From contig CAWJIM010000023.1 of the NCBI GenBank assembly GCA_963842945.1, positions 456,032-520,031 on the forward strand: a stretch of 64,000 nt of DNA, written 5' to 3'. Positions 20,386 to 30,700 of the stretch are shown here, one piece after another; the stretch's first letter is position 1, and every line of letters begins with the position of its first letter. Under the pieces are notes generated by a model. That model saw only the letters and a list, made by a program, of their open reading frames with translations, was not told the origin of the DNA and did no database searches. The position numbers and the translations under genes were made by a program. Source of the DNA: an uncultured Gemmatimonadales bacterium (GTDB taxonomy: Bacteria; Gemmatimonadota; Gemmatimonadetes; Gemmatimonadales; GWC2-71-9).

Positions 20386-22515
20386 TCAGCTCTTGCGAGA
20401 GCGCGACTCAGGCGCGTCGGTGAGGTTTCCCTTCATCCGCTCGACTTCGGAGCGCATCTCGCTCAAGTCCGCCTCCATCCGCTCGAGAGAGCGGAGCAGC
20501 TCCCGGCTTGCCTCCGGGGGAACAGGGGCAGGGATCGCTAGCGGCGGTTCCCGGCGGAGCGGCTCGGGTGGCGGTGATCCAGCCCGATGGCGACGACGGG
20601 GCTCTATGAGAAAGGTCCAGGCAAGGGCCAGGATGAGAAGAGCGACCAGGACCCCCTGCGCCAGCAGCGACTCGACGGTGGGGTAGATACCCAGCGCAGG
20701 GAGCTCGGGGCGCACCAACGACGATGGTGGTCGAGATCAGCCCCCCTCCTGTAGCTCGGCCACAGCTTTCCCGGCAAAAACAAATGCCATGTAGTACAGG
20801 AATGCGCTGGTCACCCCGAAGAAGGGCTTCAACGGAAGCCGCAGGCCGAACCGGTTGATGGCCAGGTAAACCACCGACCATGACCAGTGACCCGAGCAGG
20901 ATGCCGGCCAGGATCGGCATGGTGGCGGCAGGTGAGCCGCCAGTCACGAACAGAGCCTTGTAGAAGAGCACGGTCTCGAAGCCCTCGCGGTACACCGCCA
21001 GAAACGCCGCCGACGCGAGCGCCAGACCGGAGCCGCTCGTGAGCGCGTCCTGCACCTTGCTCTTCACGAAGTGGTTCCACTTGGCCACCTCCATTTTCGA
21101 GAGCAGCCAGTAGCTCACATAGAAGAGCACCACGGTAGCGAGGGCCATGGTCAGGCCCTCCAGCGCCTCTCGTTTGGCGGAGGTCAGGTGAAAGATGGTC
21201 TCCAGCGCAAACGCGGTGAGCAGGCTGGCCGCGGCCGCGGCACCGACTCCGATGTGAATGTCGCGCTTGCGATGGGCCGCTCCCATCTTGGCCAGAAAGG
21301 TCATCAGGGCGCCCACCAGCAGAATTGCCTCGAAGCCTTCCCGCAGCAGAATGACAAACGATTGTACGAACAGGTTTACGTGCGGACGGCTGGTCGGCCA
21401 GTGTCCGCTCGGCGTTCTCCAGATCGGCGTCGAGCTGCCGGCGAATTCGGTCCAGCTCCGCGCCGGTGGCTCCTCCGGCCACTCGGGTACGCAGCGACGC
21501 AAATCCGGCCTCCAGGTCTGCGGCCAGCCCGGGATTCTTGGCTCGGACCGACCGCTCCACCTGCTCGAACGTCATGTACGCGTCGAAGGCCCGTGTGCTC
21601 GCCGAGGTGTCACCGGTCCGAGCCAGGGCATAAACCGATTCAATCTGGGCTCGCACCTCGGTGAAAACCCGGGCATCGGCAGCGGCGGTGCGCATCCGCC
21701 CGAAATCGACGGACGGCTGCAACCCTGGCGAGACCGGTTGCTCCGTCATTCCGCTGCCCCAGAGCGGCGAGCAACTGGGTATCGGACATGCGGCCGGTAC
21801 TTCCAAAGGACTGAAGCGCGGGGGGAACGCTCCCCGAGTCGTTGGGGCAGGCGAAGTACACTGGCATAGAGTGCAACGGCCCAGCGGTCCTCTGCCGACA
21901 ACCGGGTCTCGAAGGCCGGCATGGCCGTCCCGACGACGCCGATGCTCACTCGGCGGTAATAATCCAGGGGCGATTGATCTCGGAGCGCGGCGCGCATCCG
22001 ACGAGGTCGGCGGGTTTGGGATCCATCCCTTTTGCCAGTGGCCCATCGCCGCGGCCAAGGTCTCCGTGACAGGAGGCGCAGTTGGTCCGGAAGACCTCGG
22101 CGCCCCGTGCCAGCGACGGCGCCTCAGGTGGAACCTGATCGAGTGGGACGCCGAGCGGGGCGAAGCGAGCTGTCAAGCCGGCTTACGCGGGCGTCCAGCG
22201 AATCCGGAGAGCCAGCAGACTCACGAGGGCTATCAGCGAATCGATACGGCTGATAGTGCGGGAGGCGGAATTTGGCGGGCAAGCAGGGCCGCGGATCGCC
22301 GAGACTCCTGGAGGAACAGCCGAGCTTCGTCCACTTCGGCCTGAGACACGATCCGGCCGTTGACGATCCCAACTCGGTATTCCTGTGACGGCCAGTTGCG
22401 CCGTAGCCGCGACTCGGCGAACAGCAGGCGCCACGTCGGGCGTGGAATCGGGAGCTTGGAGTGGAGCGACAAGGGTGGACGCAACCAAGGCGGCCGCGCT
22501 GAGAATCATTTTCAT
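20386..22515 (-). CDS. Cytochrome c / FTR1-family iron permease fusion; many frameshifts
   Basis: Fragments give a signal peptide, heme motif CASCHG..G.GDGP, GTAMPAF and two REGFE motifs (LREGFEA, YREGFET); C-terminal LGIYPTVESL. Confidence 0.85.
22500..22514. promoter_or_regulatory. Fur-box-like 7-1-7 inverted repeat overlapping the start of the iron permease
   Basis: TGAGAAT-C-ATTTTCA versus consensus TGATAAT-N-ATTATCA (2 mismatches). Confidence 0.55.
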
Positions 22516-22575
22516 CCAGTTTGAAAACGCTGAATTAAACTAGAGTAAGAAGGTCGGAATTGAAAGTGAGCCGCC

Positions 22576-22963
22576 CTAGGGGGCCTCCACGATAGCAATG
22601 GCGCCGGCTGATAGGGCCGAATGGGTGAGCGAGATCTTGATCGCGAGTCCGCCGCTGCTCCTGAGAAATGCGCGCGGCTAGCCCGTGAAGGCGAATGGCC
22701 GGACGTCCTTCAGCGTCCCGAGATACCTCGATCTCCCGCCAGCCGACGCCCCTCGCGCCGGGCAGGGACTGCATGGCCTTGTACACGGCCTCCTTGGCCG
22801 CGATCCGAGCCGCCGCGTGTCCGGTCGCGTCGGGGCGACTCGCCAGATACTGGCGCTCATGCTCGGAGAAGAACCTGGCCATGGCCTGCTCGCCCTTGTC
22901 AGCGAAAAGGTCCCTGACCCGTTGAAGATCCACCAGGTCGATGCCGACTCCGACGAAGGTCAC
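22576..22963 (-). CDS. acpS: Holo-ACP synthase; frameshift near 22655
   Basis: GVGIDLV, RFFSEHE, AARIAAKEAVYKA, GRPAI, then ISLTHS in the next frame. Confidence 0.9.
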
Positions 22964-23725
22964 AGGTAATTCCACCACAGCTCGGCCAAACCCTGCAGCG
23001 GCCCGGGCACAGGCAGGTAGCCGCCCAACACCAATCCGAGATAGCCGAGCAGCAGCAGAAGCAGAGCCGTAGCCAGCCAGAGTGGCCAGGTCGGCCGCTT
23101 CCAGGTTCTCACTCGTTCGATGTCCTGCCTCCAGCGCTCCTGCTCTCTCCGGGCCGATTCGGACAGCGCCAGCCAGGCGGATTCGAGCCGACGCGCCGCC
23201 GTCGCGAGCGCGATTTGCCATTCCTCCTGTCCCAGACGCCCGCGAGCGCCCGACGCGGCGGCGGCCGGCACGGTCTGCTCCAGTGCGTCGAGCGCGCTCA
23301 CGAAGCCGGCGCCCCCACTGCCGAGGCGCGAGCCGATCGCCCGAATGTCCTCGGGGGTCAGCAACAATGGCTGCAGCCGCCGCTCGGGAAGCCGGGACTC
23401 GATGGCGGCCGCACGCATGCGAGCGTTCACCACGTCGGCCAGCCGCTGGGCGCAGGCGGCAACTGCGCGTCTCCCAGCGATCCAGCCAGCTAACCCGACT
23501 GAGCGAGGCTATGGCACCCTGGCGGTCGCCCGCCGCCATGAACGACCGGGCGGCCCCGGCCATGTCGAAAATTCCGCTGACCAGCCCCAGTCGAATGTCC
23601 TCGAGCACGACGCCGAGCGCCCCGGAGTAATCCGGGGTGGAAGGCGGGTCGCTCAGCCGGCCCAGCGATGGGCCCAGCTCGGGCACGGTCCAGGTTTCAG
23701 TTGAGGCGGGAGGTTGGGTCACCAC
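22960..23725 (-). CDS. Hypothetical protein with C-terminal TM helix; frameshift near 23470
   Basis: Two consecutive fragments fill the gap between HAD and acpS; GTGA overlap with acpS. Confidence 0.6.
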
Positions 23726-23737
23726 AGTGGCCTGGGC

Positions 23738-24451
23738 TCAGGCGAGGATGGAATGCAGCACGCTTTCGGTGTCGGCCAAATCCTCGAAAACCACGTGGGG
23801 TCCGCAGGCGTGCAGATCGGCTACGGAATAGTCTCCAGTGGCGACCGCAATGGCTCTGGCCTCGATGCAGTTGCCGCAAGCAATGTCGGCCGGGGTATCA
23901 CCGATGATGACGACCGCCTCTCCTCGGGGCTCCCGCTCGAAGTAGCGCGCGGCCCGGCGGGCGGCAATGGGTGGCAAGTCGGGCCGATGTGCCGCGTCCG
24001 AGCCATAGGCTCCGACCTGAAATCTGCGAGGATCGATACCCGCGGCGCGGAGCTTCAGTTGGGCGCCCTGCAGAAGATTCCCGGTAAGAAGCCCAAGCAC
24101 GACACCCTGCTCCGACTCGAGTCGGTCGAGTAACTGGTGAACGCCAGGCATGACGTGGGTCCGAGTGGTGGGCCGGTCCAGCTCATCGGCCAACAGCTCG
24201 ACATAACGCCGGCAGATCCCGTCGACCCGGTCAGGCGTCGGCGGCTCGCGGTGTCCCGCAGCGGCGAGCAGCTCGGTCACGATCTGCGGATCGGTCTTGC
24301 CGCCGAACGGGATATTGCCCAGGGAACCGGTGTCGCCGATGTGTTCGGCAATCGCGCTCACGATGGCGCGGCGTCCAGCGCCTGAGCTCAACAGAATGGT
24401 GCCGTCGATGTCAAACAGGACCAGCTTCCTAGCCGGCATCAGCCCACTCAC
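23738..24451 (-). CDS. HAD family hydrolase
   Basis: LFDIDGT, GKTD, LLTGN, IIGDTPAD. Confidence 0.9.
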   Translation of the reverse strand: MSGLMPARKLVLFDIDGTILLSSGAGRRAIVSAIAEHIGDTGSLGNIPFGGKTDPQIVTELLAAAGHREPPTPDRVDGICRRYVELLADELDRPTTRTHVMPGVHQLLDRLESEQGVVLGLLTGNLLQGAQLKLRAAGIDPRRFQVGAYGSDAAHRPDLPPIAARRAARYFEREPRGEAVVIIGDTPADIACGNCIEARAIAVATGDYSVADLHACGPHVVFEDLADTESVLHSILA

Positions 24452-25234
24452 CTCTCCTCCAGGCGCCGCACCGCGACGAGCCGTTCGCGGAGCGGCGCCG
24501 CCCGGCTCCCGGGAAGCCAGGGCTCTACCACCATACCACCGCAGGAAAGCGTGGAATGCACCAGAGTGTCAGCCTCGCCGGCAAAGGCCACGTGAGTAAT
24601 GGAGGCAGTGGACTCGCCCCGGAAGAACAGCAAGTCACCCGGACGAACGGAGTCAAGTGAAACCGATGTTCCGCTAGTGACCTGCTGGGCCGAATCGCGC
24701 GGCAGGCTTACGCCTCGGGCGGCAAAGGTGGTCTGAACCAGGCCGGAGCAATCGACCCCCCAGGGCGTGACTCCGCCCCACTGGTAGGGACTGCCCCAGA
24801 AATGCTCGAACGCCCATCGCTCCGGCGCCTTGGCCCGGGCGCCGGATATGCTCTCCTGCAGCTCTCGGATGCAGCCAGCCACGACCCGTCCCTGTCTGCC
24901 ATCGGGAAGGCGAACGACATCGCGATCCAGGGTGAGCCGGGCGCGCAATGGAATCGGCAGGGCGGCGCCGCCGACCCGAACCGTGGCGCCCTCACTCCAG
25001 GCGTTTACCTGGGAGCGCCACTCCTCGGCAGCCGGATCCTCCACTTCGGACAGATATCCCAGTATGGATCCAGCCGTCGTAGGCGTCTGCGTCGGTCCGG
25101 ACCCGTCTCCATTCGCCGGTCCGCTCCAGCAGAGTTGCAGTCTCACCCAGGACGAGCTGAGTGACCTGCTCGGCTCGCGCGGTCGGATTTGCCAACACGG
25201 GCGCCAGCGCGGCGCGAGCTATGACCGCGGGCAC
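24448..25234 (-). CDS. SH3b + NlpC/P60 (C40) peptidase, YkfC-like; frameshift near 25058
   Basis: EQVTQLVLGE...W..VRT...YDGWI SH3b; PYQWGG, DCSGLVQ, PGDLLFF, HVA, VHS. Confidence 0.85.
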
Positions 25235-25244
25235 GGAAGCGTTC

Positions 25245-25424
25245 TCATGCGCGCTTTTCCGGGGGCGCCTGCTTGGCGCAATCCTGACACAGCGTAACTC
25301 CGCGAAAATTGCAGATCAGGCAGATGAAGGTGCCGCAGTTGGCGCAGGGATACCCCTCGGAGGCGCGCTCCTCCCGGCCGCAAGCGCGACAGGTCATCGC
25401 GTCGTGTTCGTTGAGCTCGGGCAT
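25245..25424 (-). CDS. Small 8-cysteine (4x CxxC) protein (59 aa), not in the ORF track
   Basis: MPELNEHDAMTCRACGREERASEGYPCANCGTFICLICNFRGVTLCQDCAKQAPPEKRA; fills the gap between two co-oriented genes. Confidence 0.75.
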   Translation of the reverse strand: MPELNEHDAMTCRACGREERASEGYPCANCGTFICLICNFRGVTLCQDCAKQAPPEKRA

Positions 25425-25431
25425 GGGGACT

Positions 25432-26778
25432 CTAGGCGGTGATGTTGTAGCGTTTGATCTTGTTGATCAGCGTCGCCCGCGAGATGCCAAGCTCGACAGC
25501 CGCGCGCGTCCGGTTGCCTGCGTGGTGCTTGAGCGTGCGCTCGATGTGCTGGCGCTCGAGGTCTTCGAGACTGAGCGGCGTGTGCCGCCGATCTCCCAGT
25601 CCTGGCCGGGCCCGGAACTCTCCCGGTAGGTGCTCCACGCTCACGGCCGGCTGCCCCCGCCCCAGGATAAGTGCCCGCTCCAGGACGTTGCGCATTTCCC
25701 GAACGTTTCCGGGCCAGGGATACGCCAGCAGCCGCTCCAGCACTTCACTCGACAGGGCGCCAGGGCCCTCGGGCAGCTCCGACTGCAAGTCCCCCATGAT
25801 TCTGGTCAGCAGCGCGAGCCGGTCCTCCCGGGACCGATCCCGCACCGCCGGAAGCGTTAACGGCATGACGCTGAGGCGATAGTAAAGGTCTTCGCGAAAA
25901 GCCGCGGTTTCGACTTCGGCTTGAAGATTCTTGTTGGTGGCTGCAACCAGGCGCACGTCCACCGTGATCTCGCGAGTGCCGCCGAGACGGCGAAAGGTCT
26001 TCGTTTCCAGGACCTTCAACAGCTTTGGCTGTAACTCGGGGGCCAAGTCACCGATCTCGTCCAGAAAAATGGTTCCCCGGTCTGCAATCTCGAAGAGACC
26101 CTGCTTGCGGTCTTTGGCGTCGGTAAACGCGCCCTTTTCATGACCAAACAGCTCGGAATCGAGAAAGGTGGCGTTGAGTCCCGCGCAGTTCACCTCCACG
26201 AACGGGGCCTTGGAACGCGGGCTGAGGTCGTGGATCATCCGGGCCACCCAGCCCTTGCCGGTTCCACTCTCACCATTGAGGAGCACCGTTGTCCGCTCGC
26301 TCTGGGCCAGCAGAGCCACCTGATGGGCGAAGTCCTGCATGCCCGAGGAGGCACCCAGGGAATCGAGCCCATGGCCCGGGGCGCTCTGTACCAGCAAGGC
26401 TTCATTGATTCGGCGGAGCCGCGCCTTGTCGGCCACCCGGGCAGTGGCGGCGGCGAGGTGCTCCATATCCACCGGTTTGGTCAGGAAGTTTTCGGCACCC
26501 ATCTGCATGGCGCGAACGGCGGTGGCCACGTCGGTCTGCCCGGTCAGGAGGATCACTGAGGCGTCCCGCTGGCGCAGGTGCTCCAGCACCTCCATTCCGT
26601 CCATTCCGGGCAACCCCAGATCCAGGATGACAACTTCTGGACGCAGACGATCGAAGGTGGCGAGTCCGGCCTCGCCGCTAAGCTCCCGCGTTACTTCATA
26701 GCCGAAGCGCTCGAAGTAGTTCCCTATGCTGCGTAGAACATCGACATCGTCATCGATCAGCAAGACCGAGCCGGCCAT
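25432..26778 (-). CDS. Sigma54-dependent response regulator (NtrC/AtoC-type REC-AAA+-HTH)
   Basis: LIDDD, LDLGLP, GESGTGK, SELFGHEKGAFTDA, FLDEIG, FREDLYYRL, WPGNVRE, Fis-type HTH. Confidence 0.95.
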   Translation of the reverse strand: MAGSVLLIDDDVDVLRSIGNYFERFGYEVTRELSGEAGLATFDRLRPEVVILDLGLPGMDGMEVLEHLRQRDASVILLTGQTDVATAVRAMQMGAENFLTKPVDMEHLAAATARVADKARLRRINEALLVQSAPGHGLDSLGASSGMQDFAHQVALLAQSERTTVLLNGESGTGKGWVARMIHDLSPRSKAPFVEVNCAGLNATFLDSELFGHEKGAFTDAKDRKQGLFEIADRGTIFLDEIGDLAPELQPKLLKVLETKTFRRLGGTREITVDVRLVAATNKNLQAEVETAAFREDLYYRLSVMPLTLPAVRDRSREDRLALLTRIMGDLQSELPEGPGALSSEVLERLLAYPWPGNVREMRNVLERALILGRGQPAVSVEHLPGEFRARPGLGDRRHTPLSLEDLERQHIERTLKHHAGNRTRAAVELGISRATLINKIKRYNITA

Positions 26779-26834
26779 GATGAATTCCCGAGGCTGAGGG
26801 GTGGAGCCCCCCAAAAATTAGTCACTCGCGATGG

Positions 26835-27752
26835 CTACGCCATGGCCTTGCTGCGGGAGGGAACCAAGATCCGGATGGCCCCCGGAACGACGCTCGCGGT
26901 AAAGGGTGTCTCACCCCCAGGCTCGCCATCCAGTTGAACCGGCTGGACTTCTTCCGCCTCTACCTGAATTTCCCGGCCCCGGGCGTGGCCCAGGGAGGTG
27001 GCGTCTCCCAGCATCGCCGGGCCGATGCGAAGGAGGTCCCAGACCACCCGCAGGCTCTGCGGCAAACTGTCGGCTCGGACGACCACGACATCGAGCAGGC
27101 CGTCGGTGGGAGTAATGCCCGGTCCGAGCCGAACCACCCGGGGAATGACCTCGCCGCAGTTGGCCACCAACACCATAGCGGCGTGCACTTCGTACCTTAC
27201 GCCATCGATGGTGATCACGTGCAGGCTGCTCTGAATATTGGCAATGAGCCGGAGACTGGTGGCAACGTAGGCGCCCATTCCCCAGCGACGCTTATGCTGG
27301 GCCAGGGTTGCGGCCATGACCCGGGCGTCGTATCCGGCTCCGCAGGCGACAGCGAAGTACTGGTACCCGCCGGGGCGCTCCATGCGGCCCAGATCCAGCA
27401 GATGAGGCCGGGCGCTCAGGAGTGCCCGGGCCGCGCGGGCGGGGGACGGGGGGATGCGCAGGTTGCCGGCGAGAAGATTTCCTGTCCCACCAGGAATGAC
27501 GCCCAGCGGCACATCAGTCCCCACCAGCGCGGCAGCCGCCTGCATGGTGGTGCCATCCCCCCCGAACACCGCAACGACGTCCACCTTGTTGGCCACGCCA
27601 TATTCGGCGAGCTCTCTCGCGTGGCCCGGACCGGTGGTGGCGAGCACCTCGACTTCCCAGCCGCCCCGCCTCAGCGTGTTTGCTACCAGGTCGGTGCTGA
27701 CCCGCGCGGTGCGCGCCGCGGCCGGATTGGCGATGAGCAACGAACGGGTCAC
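26835..27752 (-). CDS. Diacylglycerol/lipid kinase family (YegS/BmrU-like)
   Basis: IANPAA, GGDGT, PGGTGN, DGLLDV, QLDGE. Confidence 0.9.
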   Translation of the reverse strand: MTRSLLIANPAAARTARVSTDLVANTLRRGGWEVEVLATTGPGHARELAEYGVANKVDVVAVFGGDGTTMQAAAALVGTDVPLGVIPGGTGNLLAGNLRIPPSPARAARALLSARPHLLDLGRMERPGGYQYFAVACGAGYDARVMAATLAQHKRRWGMGAYVATSLRLIANIQSSLHVITIDGVRYEVHAAMVLVANCGEVIPRVVRLGPGITPTDGLLDVVVVRADSLPQSLRVVWDLLRIGPAMLGDATSLGHARGREIQVEAEEVQPVQLDGEPGGETPFTASVVPGAIRILVPSRSKAMA

Positions 27753-27753
27753 A

Positions 27754-30700
27754 TCAGAACTCCCGTTCCCATTTAACATCGGAGCCGATCTGATAGGTAT
27801 TCGTGGAGAGGATCCCGAAGTCCTTGCGACAGGACGTCAGAGTGGGCTCCACACTGGTCTGTAGACTCCATTCCCGGCTGAACCGGAATTCCAGGCTCGC
27901 GCCCAGATTGTTGTAGCTGAACTGGCCGAGATTCTCGGGACAGAAACCTGCGTTCAGGGTCAGGAAGGTCTTGCTGCCGAGCTGCCACCCCGCAGCCAGC
28001 TGGGTGAGCGACTGAACCCCGCGGCCATGCGCCACACCCGGCCGGATCTCGATCAGGTCGAGCGGCACGCCCAGATCCTGGATCAGCGCGCGCTCCAGCT
28101 CACTCGACAGGGCGCTGGAGAAATAGGACAACCCGGTCTGGAGGTAGTCGGTCTGCCCCAGGCGAGCAGCCTCGTTGGCGGGATATCCGGTGACCAGGTA
28201 GGAGACCAGGTCGGTTTCCGAGATCGGGGGACTGAAGGTGCTTTCCAGCGTCACCTTCGGGGCATACAGCGTCCCCGAGATGTTGGCAATCACCGGGACT
28301 TCCTCACCCCGGACGGCGCGGACGACGTGGGTTGCCCGAATGTCCAGGCCGGCATTGAGATCGCCGAAGTATCGAACCGATCCCCGGTCCACCGTGAAGT
28401 CTCGGGTGATGGGTCCGATGTGGAGGGTGTAGCTGCCCCGCAGCGCGTCCAGGGTGCCTGAAGGCGTGTAGGTCTTTTCTGTCTTGCTCAGCCGGACTTC
28501 ACCGCCGAGCTGAATGTTCGCCTCGTTCGACCGAAGCCACACATCGGAGCCCAGCACCACCCGCAGGTTCTGAATCGTCGAGGAGTCCAGAAACCGGTTC
28601 TGGAACTTGGCGGCAATGCTCAGATTCTGGCTGCGCAGCAGTGTGGTATCGACCAGGTCGGCGATGGTCGGATCTTCCAGGTCGATGATGCGCTTGCTGA
28701 CCAGATCGGCGAAGTAGAGGACTCCGCTGTTGGCGGCCAGGTCGCCACCCAGGGTGGCTTGAAACACGGGCCCGCGAAGCCCCAGACGGCCGGTGCCCGT
28801 GAAGGTGAGAAAGTTTCTGACGTCCAGTGCCCGGAAGGCTTCCGCCTGGAACGCCAGATCGAGCTCCGGGCGCGAGAAGTCTGCCAGCTGCACTGCGCCG
28901 GTTATGGTCAGGGTACCGCCACTCCTCAGCGAGAGCGTGTCAATTACCAGTGAGCCGCCCTCGAAGCGAGCTCGCCCTTGCAGGCCATCATAGCGGACGC
29001 CCAGCCCCGGGAGGGACATGGCCCCGTTTCTGATCTGGAGTCCACCGGCAAACTCGGGCTTCTCCCAGGTTCCACCGACATTCATATCCACCGCCAGCAG
29101 GCCCCTCACTCGATTCACCGCGGGCGTCAGCGCTTCGAGGATCCCGAGGTCCACGCTGTCGCCGCGGGCGTGGACGCTCAGTGGACCGGGCACCCGGCGC
29201 TGGCCCGCACCTTTCATCGCCAGGTCCAAGGGAAGCTTGGTCTCGATCTGGAGAACGTTTTCGCCGGTCCTCCAGAGCAGCAGGTTGGCTTCGACTTTCC
29301 GGTCGGCGTAATTCACCACGCCCTGCACGAAGGGCGCCTGGAAATCCCCGAACCTTCCCCCGTTCAGGGTAGTGGTCCCTCGGAGGGTGGGGGCCTGCGC
29401 GGTTCCCCCCAGACGCACATCCAGGCCAACCAGTCCGCCAATCGCGGCGGTGTCGCGCTGCAGTACTCCGTAGATGTCGTGCAGATCCAGCCCCAGAATG
29501 CTCAGCGCCAGCGAGCCCTCCGAGTTGCCGGGCACGCGCCCTCCCAGCTGAACGATGCCGGAGCCATCGGTGGCGCGTAGCGTTACCGGACTGATGGCCG
29601 GCGCCGAATCGCTCAGGGTGACCGCAAAACTTTCGTCCAGGCGATAGGTGTGCACCGGCAGGGTGAAGGCGAGGCTGTCGAACATCGCTACCTGGGTGGC
29701 CTCGTGCCGCCACCACCGGCCCGTGCCGTCGAGCCGGGAATCGCTTCCGATTCCTGAACCCGCTCTCCACTCCAGCGAATCAGCCCAGCCGCTTACCTGA
29801 GTGCCGAGCCCGTGGAGCACCCACTTGTCGGCAGTGACCGAATCGGATCCCACCGATGCGGTAAGCTGCGGCCGTTGGCCGCCGATCCAGTTGAACGTTC
29901 CAGTGACGCGAGGTGAGGCGATTCGCTGCCACTCGAGCTTCTGCACCAGCAGATTTCCGCTCATCTCCAGGGTATCGAGGCTGCCGGCCAACTCCACCTG
30001 CGCTTGAGCGGTCCCGCCGAGTGGCCGACTGTCCGGGGAGCTGCCGCGGGTTTGGCCGGTAACGGCCAGGAGTAACGAATCGAAGGCGATCAGGCTATCA
30101 GCGGCCAGGCTGAATGCCATGCGGCCGTTATGAGGAGCGGTCCACCCGAGTGTACCGCTGCCCCCAACTCGGGCACCCTTCCAAAGGGCATACGCTGTGT
30201 CCAGGCGAATCACGCTGTCGTGGACGCCGACGGTGGCGTTGACGCTGTCGAGAGTCCACTCGCGCACCCTGCTGGAGGAGAGCGCGAGCCGGAGGTCTCC
30301 TTCCGGAGCGTGCAGCGTGTCGCTCCTCCCGGTGATCGTGAGCTCTCCGTTGAGCCGGGAAGGAATCCGCCGGCCTGTCAGCGATGCCAGATCCAGATTC
30401 GTGAAGCTCAGATGCAGCCCTTCGGCTCCCCAGGTTGGGGGGCGGACGGTGGCATAGCCCTGAGCCTCGATGGTTCCGATCTGCCCGGAGAGCGCCGCAT
30501 CCACGAGCAGGCGCTCGAGGTTGCCCTGACTGCGAAAACGTCCTCGCACCTCCCCTCGACTCTTCATCGAAGGGAAGGCCCGCCGGATTCCTTCAAAGGA
30601 CAGAGGGTCCAGGCTCACGTCGGTGCCGAGTCCCAGAACCTCGAAGCGCGTGTCCAGATGGACCGTCCCTTCCAGGAGGCTGGCCGGACGGTCTTCGTCC

